Source: Kiritimatiellia bacterium (GTDB lineage: Bacteria > Verrucomicrobiota > Kiritimatiellia > RFP12 > UBA1067). Taken from it: DNA of 64,000 bases. Numbering within the stretch: the first letter of the stretch is position 1; the number at the start of each line of letters is the position of its first letter. The notes under the pieces are model-generated. The model did no database searches, had not been told where the DNA came from, and was given only the letters and a program-made list of their open reading frames with translations. Positions 1 through 8,177 of this stretch are shown piece by piece. The position numbers were made by a program, and so were the translations under genes. The stretch spans positions 192,001 through 256,000 of the forward strand of contig JBMNFY010000001.1 in NCBI GenBank assembly GCA_050949565.1. The letters run 5' to 3'.

Positions 1-1573
1 CTGAGAGCTCGCCGTTGACGCGGTAGGGGCTCATTTCCGGTTTGAGGGACATTGTGTAGGCGTCCAAGCAGAGCGCGTCCTCCTCGGGGCGCACCAAAAA
101 TTGAATGTGCGTGATCCCCTTGCGGTTACAGGCTTGAAGGTCCGGACGAATGCCGGTCACCATGGTCGGCGGGGTCAGATGGGTGTAGATCAGGCTCTTG
201 CTTTGCTTGGGATTTCCGATGCCATCATTCAGCAAATCCCAGTTGAGCGCGTCCATGCGGCCTTCGGGGTGGCAACTCGCACAACTCTGCCAGTGCTGGA
301 AGCACATGGTCCCGTCGTTCCACAACATCTCGCCGCGCCGCACGCGATCCTTGCTGAGATCGACCGGTGCGCCCAGCGCGATCGTCGTCGGCTCTGCAGA
401 CGCGTCGTTCAGCGGCAGGACTGCCAGAGTGTCTGCGAAATAGAGCGCCGTATAAACGGTGTTGCCGACCACCATCACGCCGCGGGGGCCGTCGCCGTCT
501 AGTTTCACGCGGCGGCGCACGGAAACGAGGAACGAGAGATCGTTCGGCACGTCGGCCGCTGATTTCGTCACTTCGGTGACTTTCTCGTTGCGTGCCGCCT
601 TGTCTAGGCGCGCATGGAATTCAGTGCGGTCGATCACGCTCAGTTCGCGTGTGCCGGCGTGCGCCACCACCAAATGCTTGCCATCTGGAGAGACTGTCAC
701 GCCCCAGGGGTTCGCTGCGCCAAGATCCACATCGTCCAGAAGCGCCGTGTTGATGTACGCGCCTGTTTCGCCGTTAAAGACGCTGAGCCCCGCCGTATTC
801 ATCCAGCCGCGCTCAAGCTGGGTTGTTGGGAGCTGATAGCGTCCAAAGGTGTGGGTGACATAGATCTGTTTGCCGTCCGGCGACGCGCCGACGCCGCGCA
901 CGCCGGTTGATCCGTTGGGCAGCATCACATGCTTCACGGCGTAGTCCGCCGAGGTATCGATTACCGTGACCGACGCCGCGACGACCGCATTGGTGGCGCG
1001 GCAGAGTGGCAGCATGTTCGCCACAAACAGCAGACGGCCGCCCGCGCCGAGTACCGCTGCTGTCGGCTCGCGTAGCACCGGCACCGTCGCCCTAACGCTC
1101 AACGTGCGAGCGTCGAATACCCTGACGCAGGAGTCGAAACGGCAGGGCACGTAAAGCGTGGAGCCATCAGGGCTCACCACTGGCGCGAGCGGCGTGTGGC
1201 CGGCTGCCGCCTGCACGGCCGGCGTGCCGCCCGCCGTGAACTTCTGCACGAACCCTCCGGCCCCGCCGCCGGTCACGAAAACCGTTCCGTCCGGTGCTAC
1301 GGCAACGCCGCTCGGATCTGCTGATCTTGCCTCGCCGCCACCGAAGATTGAAGACCAAAAACCGCGCGGTCGCTCCGTTTCATTCTTAAGCAGCCATTCG
1401 CCCGCAATCTTGGCGTTTCCGAGGTCCAGCACCAGCAGGCGACCGCCGGTTGCTGACGTCACGTAGGCCCGCTTGCCGTCCGGCGTCATCGCCAGGCATT
1501 CGGGCGAGACATACGAAGCCGCCTCCACACACACTGCGGCACCGATCACCATCACCGCCACTACTCGCTTCAT
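1..1573 (-). CDS. Secreted YVTN/YncE-type beta-propeller protein with c-type cytochrome domain (runs off left edge; partial)
   Basis: Manually translated (absent from ORF track because no stop in window): MKRVVAVMVIGAAVCVEA signal peptide; SPDGKRAYVT, SPDGSTLYV and SPDGKQIYV propeller repeats; heme motif QSCASCH followed by DALNWDLLNDG. Confidence 0.85.
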   Translation of the reverse strand, partial: MKRVVAVMVIGAAVCVEAASYVSPECLAMTPDGKRAYVTSATGGRLLVLDLGNAKIAGEWLLKNETERPRGFWSSIFGGGEARSADPSGVAVAPDGTVFVTGGGAGGFVQKFTAGGTPAVQAAAGHTPLAPVVSPDGSTLYVPCRFDSCVRVFDARTLSVRATVPVLREPTAAVLGAGGRLLFVANMLPLCRATNAVVAASVTVIDTSADYAVKHVMLPNGSTGVRGVGASPDGKQIYVTHTFGRYQLPTTQLERGWMNTAGLSVFNGETGAYINTALLDDVDLGAANPWGVTVSPDGKHLVVAHAGTRELSVIDRTEFHARLDKAARNEKVTEVTKSAADVPNDLSFLVSVRRRVKLDGDGPRGVMVVGNTVYTALYFADTLAVLPLNDASAEPTTIALGAPVDLSKDRVRRGEMLWNDGTMCFQHWQSCASCHPEGRMDALNWDLLNDGIGNPKQSKSLIYTHLTPPTMVTGIRPDLQACNRKGITHIQFLVRPEEDALCLDAYTMSLKPEMSPYRVNGELS

Positions 1574-1679
1574 TCCGTCTCCTCAGTCCTCCGGTAGCTC
1601 ACTGCCTCCGGCATCTCGTTCCCGTTCGTTTACCGGCCCACACCAACCGAACCGTTCGGCGGCGCGAAGCGCCTGACAA

Positions 1680-2489
1680 CTAGATATCCCGTCCCACTAC
1701 CTGGGCAATCGCCCGCAACTCTTTAACCAAGTTGTAATACAGCTCTGGCGTTATGCTCTGGTCTCCGTCGCACAACGCACAATCCGGGCAGGGGTGAACC
1801 TCCATGATCACGCCATCCGCACCGCAGGCCACCGCCGCGCGGGCCATGGGGGGCACCAGCGACGCTTTGCCCGTGCCGTGGCTCGGATCCGCAATCACCG
1901 GCAACCAAGTCTGCTCTTTCAATAGCGGCACGGCGCTTAGATCAAGCGTGAATCGCGTCGCGGTCTCGAAGGTGCGGACACCGCGCTCACAGAGCACCAC
2001 ATGCCGTCCGCCCGCGCTCAAGACATACTCTGCCGCGTACAGATACTCTTGGATCGTGGCACTCATGCCGCGTTTGAGCAACACCGGCTTGCCGCTGGCG
2101 CCGGCATCGCGCAGCAGGACAGAGTTGTGCATATTGCGCGAGCCGATCTGCAGCATATCCGCTACTGCCGCGACGGTCGGCAACTGTGAGGATTCCAGAA
2201 CTTCAGTCACGACCGGCAATCCGGTGCGTTCGCGCGCTTCCGCCAGAATCTCAAGGCCCTCTTCGCACAGGCCTTGAAAAGCGTAGGGCGAGGAACGCGG
2301 CTTGAAAGCCCCGCCTCGCAACATCACCGCCCCCGCCTCCTTCACAGCACAGGCGATTTCAATCATCTGCGTCCGGTCCTCCACTGTGCAAGGACCGGCA
2401 ATCAGCACCAATCGCTGACCACCAAAAACGACATCGCCCACCGTCACGGTGGCGGTTGCGGCTCCCTGAGTATCTTTATCAATCATCAT
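1680..2489 (-). CDS. aroF: 3-deoxy-7-phosphoheptulonate (DAHP) synthase, type I-beta
   Basis: [34 protein letters not shown] and CDGDQS motifs. Confidence 0.93.
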   Translation of the reverse strand: MMIDKDTQGAATATVTVGDVVFGGQRLVLIAGPCTVEDRTQMIEIACAVKEAGAVMLRGGAFKPRSSPYAFQGLCEEGLEILAEARERTGLPVVTEVLESSQLPTVAAVADMLQIGSRNMHNSVLLRDAGASGKPVLLKRGMSATIQEYLYAAEYVLSAGGRHVVLCERGVRTFETATRFTLDLSAVPLLKEQTWLPVIADPSHGTGKASLVPPMARAAVACGADGVIMEVHPCPDCALCDGDQSITPELYYNLVKELRAIAQVVGRDI

Positions 2490-2581
2490 AACATGCTACC
2501 ATCTGCTAACGCGTCAGCACCCGGCGCCGCTTCGTTTCCCCCGAACGCGCCGCAAGGGAGCGCTTCTGCTCATTAGGGCTT

Positions 2582-2666
2582 AGTATAACGCAACCTTGGT
2601 TATCCATGCAAGTGCGTGATTGCACTCAAAAAACGATTGCGTGTGGCGGAGTGGAATCGGTATAGT
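2582..2666. promoter_or_regulatory. Divergent sigma70-like promoters for aroF (-) and lysA (+)
   Basis: Minus: TTGCAT-N18-TATACT (2611-2582); plus: TTGCGT-N18-TATAGT (2637-2666). Confidence 0.5.
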
Positions 2667-2704
2667 GCACCCCTTCTCTTTTGTCTCGTGTTGGAGTGAT
2701 GAAG

Positions 2705-3973
2705 ATGGCCGATAAAACCTTGCCGTTCACGTTAGAGTTTCTTGAGGAAATAACCGCGACCCATCCCACGCCGTTCCATCTCTATGATGAGCGCGGCATC
2801 CGCGACAATGCGCGCCGTTTGAAAGCCGCGTTCGCGTGGAATCCCGGCTTTCGCGAATATTTCGCCGTGAAGGCGTGCCCCAACCCGTTCTTCATGAAGC
2901 TGTTGAAGGCGGAGGGGTTCGGCATGGATTGCAGCTCACTGCCTGAACTGCTGCTCTCGGAACGGGTCGGCGTGACCGGCGAGTCGATCATGTTCACCTC
3001 GAACAACACGCCAGCCGAGGAGTTTGTCAAAGCCAAGGAACTGGGCGCGATCATCAATCTCGACGATCTGTCGCACATCCCGTTTCTCGAAGCATGCGCC
3101 GGACTGCCGGAGTTAGTCTGCTTCCGCTACAATCCGGGCCCCCTCAAAGGCGGCAATGCGATCATCGGCAATCCCGAGCAGGCCAAGTATGGCTTCACGC
3201 GCGAACAGCTTTTCGAGGGCTATCGCACACTGAAGGCCAAAGGCGTGCGGCGTTTCGGTCTGCACACGATGGTGGCTTCGAATGAGTTGAACCCGCAGTA
3301 CTTTATCGACACAGCGGAGATCCTTTTCGATCTGGCAGTCGAAATCTCGCGCGAGGTGGGGATCACTTTTGAGTTTATCAACATTGGTGGCGGCATCGGT
3401 ATCCCGTACCGTCCCGAGCAGGAACCGGTGAACCTCGAGCGTGTCGGCGAGGGCGTGCGGCAGGCCTATGCGTCGCGCCTGATCGGGAAGGGGCATCCGG
3501 AACTCAACCTCTACATGGAGTGCGGACGCATGGTGACCGGTCCGTACGGTTATCTGGTCTCGCGCGTGCGCCACATCAAGAAAACCTACAAGATTTTCGT
3601 CGGACTTGACGCCTGCATGGCGAACCTGATGCGCCCCGCGCTGTACGGTGCCTATCACCACATCACCGTTCCGGCCAAGGCCGGAATGCCGTGCGACACC
3701 GTCTGCGATGTAACCGGCTCGCTGTGCGAGAACAACGATAAGTTCGCCATCGACCGCGCCCTACCGGAGCTGGTCCCCGGTGATCTCGTGGTGATCCACG
3801 ACGCCGGCGCACACGGCCATGCGATGGGCTTCCAGTACAACGGCAAGCTGCGCTCGGCGGAACTCCTGCTACGCGAGGACGGCAGCGTCGTGCAGATCCG
3901 CCGCGCCGAGACCCCCGAAGACTACTTCGCGACACTCGACTTTGCCGCAGTCAGTGCGATTCAGTTTGATTAA
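2705..3973 (+). CDS. lysA: Diaminopimelate decarboxylase
   Basis: YFAVKA PLP lysine, NIGGG, ECGR, RPALYGAYH, GSLCENND, YNGKLR; start chosen at ATG 2705. Confidence 0.93.
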   Translation: MADKTLPFTLEFLEEITATHPTPFHLYDERGIRDNARRLKAAFAWNPGFREYFAVKACPNPFFMKLLKAEGFGMDCSSLPELLLSERVGVTGESIMFTSNNTPAEEFVKAKELGAIINLDDLSHIPFLEACAGLPELVCFRYNPGPLKGGNAIIGNPEQAKYGFTREQLFEGYRTLKAKGVRRFGLHTMVASNELNPQYFIDTAEILFDLAVEISREVGITFEFINIGGGIGIPYRPEQEPVNLERVGEGVRQAYASRLIGKGHPELNLYMECGRMVTGPYGYLVSRVRHIKKTYKIFVGLDACMANLMRPALYGAYHHITVPAKAGMPCDTVCDVTGSLCENNDKFAIDRALPELVPGDLVVIHDAGAHGHAMGFQYNGKLRSAELLLREDGSVVQIRRAETPEDYFATLDFAAVSAIQFD

Positions 3974-3990
3974 CTGAATCGTACTGAGCG

Positions 3991-4332
3991 GATTTAGGAG
4001 TTAGCATTTAGGATTTAGGAGTATTCTTGCACGGTTGCGGGCTGCGGGGCAACCTCTCTTATTGTGTAAAAACGGGCGCGCAGACGGGCACCGGGCGCGC
4101 GCGGGGCGTGCAATGGCGGGGTGTGCAATGGCGGGGTGTGCGGGAATGGCTCCCCAAAAGCGCTCAAATGCTGCAAACGTTCACGGGCAGGGCACGGCTG
4201 CGCGGTGCAAGGTTTTAACCTCGTCTTTGTGACCACTGGGTGGTCACAAAAATTGGTCAAGTGGAAAAATCCTAACTCCCAAACTCCTAAATCCTCCTTC
4301 GGGTGCGCTTCAACGCCGTTGAAACGCACCCG
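3991..4332. repeat. Mosaic intergenic repeat block between convergent lysA and lpdA
   Basis: TTAGGAG/T heptamers 3991-4022; 15-bp tandem repeat 4101-4141; palindrome TTTGTGACCAC-TGG-GTGGTCACAAA 4226-4250; inverted heptamers plus hairpin CGGGTGCG..TTCAAC..GTTGAA..CGCACCCG 4267-4332. Confidence 0.85.
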
Positions 4333-4336
4333 TCGG

Positions 4337-5722
4337 TTAGCGTTTAGGCAGGTGGATGCAGGCGTTGTGGAATGCGTGCGCCGCTTCCATCCACGCCTCG
4401 GACATCGTCGGATGTGAGTGGATGGTGTTGCCGATCTCGTCAACCGTCAGTTCGTTGCGGATCGCGAGGGCGGCTTCGGCGATCAGTTCCGTCGCATGCG
4501 CGCCGACGACCTGCGCGCCCAACACCTGACCGGTAACGGGGTCGCAGACCCACTTGACGAAGCCATCAGTCACGCCGGCGGCCATGGCTTTGCCCAAGGC
4601 CACGAAGGGGAAAACCGCGGTCTTGACGTCGCGCCCGAGCTTTTGCGCTTGGGTCTCTGAAAGCCCGGCCAGCCCGATTTCGGGCGACGTGAAAATGCAG
4701 GAGGGGCAGATCTTTTCGACGGTCGACTTCATGCCGGCGGCCGCTTCTGCGGCGACGACACCCTGCTGGGTCGCGGCATGGGCGAGTTGGATCGAACCGG
4801 TCACCAGATCGCCGACCGCAAAGATCGAAGCTACGTTGGTGCGCCCCTGCTTGTCCACCGGGATCGTGCCGCGCTCATCAACGTTGACGCCGGCGCGGGC
4901 GAGATCCAGCGCGGCGGTGTTGGGACGCCGCCCGACAGCCACAAGCAACAGGTCGCCGGTGACGGTCTGATCTTTGTACGTGCCACTGACCTCGCCGTTC
5001 TTGACGACGATGTCGGTGAGCGGAGCACCGGTAAGGAAGGTGACGCCCAGTGCTTCCATGCGCTTGCGCAGCACACGCCGCACATCGCGGTCGAGCACCA
5101 TGATGATGTCTTCGAGCATCTCGACCACTGTGACCTTTGTGCCGAGCGCGGCCGCCATGCAGGCGAACTCACAGCCGATCACGCCGCCGCCCAGAATCAG
5201 GAGCCGTTCCGGCAACGCCTTGAGGTCGAGAAACGCGCGGCTATCCATCACCCGCTTGTCCTTCGGCAGGAAGCCCGGCATGGCGGAGTCGCTACCGGCC
5301 GCGATGATGATCGTGGCGGCGCTGAGCCAACGCGTGGCGCCGTCCGGCTGAACCACGGAGATCCGGTTCGGCCCCTCGAAGCGGGCCGCACCGGTCATCG
5401 CTTCGACCCCGTTGGACTTGAGCAGTCCTTGTATGCCGCCGCTCAGGCGCTTGACGACGTCGTTCTTGCGCTCGGTCATCACGGCGTAGTCGAACGTGAC
5501 GCCTTTTGCGGTAACGCCGAACGCCTCAGAGTGCGCGGCGTGGTGAAAGCGCTCAGCCGACGCGATCAACGTCTTAGTCGGGATACAGCCCCAGTTGAGG
5601 CAGGTGCCGCCGAATGCCTCTTTTTCAACAATCGCCGTCTTCTTACCAAGTTGCGCGGCACGGATAGCGGCGGGATAACCGCCCGGGCCGGCACCGATTA
5701 CGATCACATCAAAGTCGAACAT
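4337..5722 (-). CDS. lpdA: Dihydrolipoyl dehydrogenase (E3)
   Basis: GAGPGG, GGTCLNWGCIPTK redox disulfide, GGGVIGCE, HSHPTMSE. Confidence 0.97.
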   Translation of the reverse strand: MFDFDVIVIGAGPGGYPAAIRAAQLGKKTAIVEKEAFGGTCLNWGCIPTKTLIASAERFHHAAHSEAFGVTAKGVTFDYAVMTERKNDVVKRLSGGIQGLLKSNGVEAMTGAARFEGPNRISVVQPDGATRWLSAATIIIAAGSDSAMPGFLPKDKRVMDSRAFLDLKALPERLLILGGGVIGCEFACMAAALGTKVTVVEMLEDIIMVLDRDVRRVLRKRMEALGVTFLTGAPLTDIVVKNGEVSGTYKDQTVTGDLLLVAVGRRPNTAALDLARAGVNVDERGTIPVDKQGRTNVASIFAVGDLVTGSIQLAHAATQQGVVAAEAAAGMKSTVEKICPSCIFTSPEIGLAGLSETQAQKLGRDVKTAVFPFVALGKAMAAGVTDGFVKWVCDPVTGQVLGAQVVGAHATELIAEAALAIRNELTVDEIGNTIHSHPTMSEAWMEAAHAFHNACIHLPKR

Positions 5723-5765
5723 AGGGAGTTAGAATTTAGGAGTTAGGAGTTAGGATTTAGGGGTT
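5723..5765. repeat. Heptamer tandem array (TTAGGAG/TTAGGAT) abutting the lpdA start codon
   Basis: agggagttagaatttaggagttaggagttaggatttaggggtt. Confidence 0.9.
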
Positions 5766-5782
5766 GGAAATCCAATCGCGTG

Positions 5783-7178
5783 CTACACGAGTGCTTTCCA
5801 CAGCTCGACATTTTCGAGCTTCGACCGGATGGCATTGACGAACTGTGCGCCCACCGAGCCATCCACGATGCGGTGATCCACAGAGAGGGTCATCGCCATC
5901 ATCGTGCGGATTTTGATTTCGCCATTTACCACGGCGGGCACCTGACGCCCAGTGGAGACCGCCAGGATGCCGGCTTCGCCGGGATTGATAATGGCGGTGA
6001 ACTGATCGACATTCATCATGCCCATGTTCGAGACCGTGAACGAACTGCCCACCATCTCGTCCGGCAGGAGCTTGCCGTGTCCGCGCTTTTTCGGCGAGCG
6101 CCTTGGCCTGCGCGTTTAGCTCGGCGAGCGTCAGGGTCTGTGCGGCACGGATCACCGGCACGACCAGACCGTTGTCCACGCTCACCGCCATGCCGAGGTC
6201 CACGTCGCCGCGCCAGGAAACGGTCACGCCGTCCGTGACGGAGTTGACGACCGGGAACTCCTCCAACGACAGGATCACCGCCTCCAGGACGAAATCGTTG
6301 ACGCTGTAGGAGCGTCCCTGCGCCTTGAGGTCGGCACGGAAGGCCATGAGGTCGGTGATGTCGGCCTTGACCGTCACATAAAAGTGCGGGATCGTCTGCT
6401 TGCTCTCCACCAAGCGGCGCGCGATGATTTGGCGCATGCGCGAGAGCGTAACCGGTTTGCGGCGCTGGGCGCGCTCGATATCCTCGACCATGATACGGCC
6501 GCCGTCGCCAGAACCACGCACGCTCAGGATGTCGATCTCATGTTCAGCGGCGAGACGCTTGGCCGCCGGCGTGATGCGCAGAGCGTCATAGTTCGCCGCG
6601 CTCAGGAAAGCCAACACGTCTTTTTCTACGATGCGTCCGTTCGGGCCGGTGCCCTTGATACGCGCGGGATCGATGCAGGCGGCGCGGGCGCAGGCGCGGG
6701 CACGCGGCGAGATCACCAGACGCTTGGCCGGTGTCGGCGCGGGCGCGGGCTGGACAGCCGGTTTGGCCGACGGCTGCGGTGCGGGCGTCGCTGCTGGCGC
6801 GGGAGCAACCGGTGCCGGCGCAGGCGCGGCGGCAGGAGCTACTGGCGCGGGGCTTGCTGCTGGCGCCTCGGGAGCTGCCGCTGCGGGCGCGGGTGCTGGC
6901 GCGGCTTCGGGGGCAGGCGGCTGGTCCGGCACTTTCTCGCCGGCGGCACCGATAAAGCCGACGACGGTGTTCACGGGGACGGTGATGCCCTCGCGCACAT
7001 AAATCTTCAGCAATACGCCCTCAAAAAAGCTTTCGACCTCCAGGTTCGCCTTGTCGGTTTCGATCTCAAAAAGGATGTCGCCTTTCGCTACCGCGTCGCC
7101 CTCTTTTTTGAGCCATTTGACGATCGCGCCTTCCTCCATGGTCTGCCCGAGTTTCGGAAAAATCACTGCCTGAGCCAT
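5783..7178 (-). CDS. pdhC: Dihydrolipoamide acetyltransferase (E2) with a +1 frameshift near 6078-6081 (sequence error or pseudogene)
   Basis: Lipoyl domain EIETDKA, Pro/Ala linker, two E3-binding domains, IPHFY; C-terminal part (SFTVSNMG...LSVDHRIVDG) lies in another frame ending at 5783. Confidence 0.9.
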
Positions 7179-7249
7179 AATCACTCCAAATGGTAAGGTG
7201 ACGGCAAGCCCGCACCTGACGCGCGCGGAACTGCCAACAAATGCCCACC

Positions 7250-7278
7250 AGTATACCGAGCCTGACCGCACTTGTCAT
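7250..7278 (-). promoter_or_regulatory. Putative sigma70 promoter of pdhC-lpdA
   Basis: ATGACA-N17-TATACT on minus strand. Confidence 0.45.
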
Positions 7279-7486
7279 TGACAAAAATGAACAAAAAACG
7301 TCAAAACCGAAAAAAATAAATCACAGCCTCTCTCGCCTTCCAATTGCGTTTTTTATCACACGAAGGCGCGACGGTCACAAACTGGATACGATTGTTCCGT
7401 CCGATATGTCCGACAAGAACGTGGTGGCGGGTTGGTAATGTGAGGGGACCTGCGTTAAAAAAAGACACCAGAAGAATCCACCTCAT

Positions 7487-7631
7487 TTCCACACCTTGAG
7501 AGGTGTGGAAGTAGAATCCGAGAGAGGAAGCAGTCTGATAATAATGTAAGTGTCTGGTATTTAAATGGTTATGCCTGTTAAACGGCAGTTTTCCATTTCC
7601 CAAAATTCCACACCTTGAAAGGTGTGGAATT
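7487..7631. repeat. Two copies of palindrome TTCCACACCTTGA(G/A)AGGTGTGGAA
   Basis: 7487-7510 and 7604-7631 in an AT-rich spacer. Confidence 0.9.
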
Positions 7632-7697
7632 AGCGCCCAAGAGAAAAGAGGGCCGATGACGAGCGGTACGAGCCGTCGTCGGCCTTCGTGCCTTCAT

Positions 7698-8171
7698 TTA
7701 ATTTCCTAGGGTCAAGATTCGCAGTTGAATCCCCAAAAATATGACGAAAAACACAATGCCAGCGGGTATTGCCACACCGTTATGAAATCCCAATGCAGAA
7801 AAATTACAACGGCGCGAATCATGCAAAATGCGACGTTTCATTTTGACGGCCCATCGCATCGATGTCCCTCTGGCGTCAAGTTTTGTCGACGATGTTTCCG
7901 TCTGGATCGCGACAGTATATGTCGAACACCCCCCTCCTGATATCCGTGAATCGATAATGACGTTTTTTATTTCCGTCCTTGGAATGCTGATCTCCCCCGT
8001 TTTTCTCATCCCCCACCAATCGTATCGCGTTAGGTTCAAAGCAGTCTGCCCGCCACGCATTTTTTCGACCGAGAAAGTCCCCCCGCTCAATAAAGCTAAC
8101 GACAGCGCCAAAATCACCCATTTGGCGTAACAGTTGAAGCGTCTCGACACGGTTGCGGTTTTCAATGACAT
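7698..8171 (-). CDS. Hypothetical membrane protein (two TM segments), lower GC
   Basis: 157-aa ORF 6 bp downstream of the 849-aa gene; hydrophobic N- and C-terminal stretches; downstream hairpin 7648-7687. Confidence 0.6.
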   Translation of the reverse strand: MSLKTATVSRRFNCYAKWVILALSLALLSGGTFSVEKMRGGQTALNLTRYDWWGMRKTGEISIPRTEIKNVIIDSRISGGGCSTYTVAIQTETSSTKLDARGTSMRWAVKMKRRILHDSRRCNFSALGFHNGVAIPAGIVFFVIFLGIQLRILTLGN

Positions 8172-8177
8172 TTCGTC

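Noticed and set aside
7487-7631. Possible mini-CRISPR
   Set aside because: Only two units, spacer about 95 bp, no cas genes
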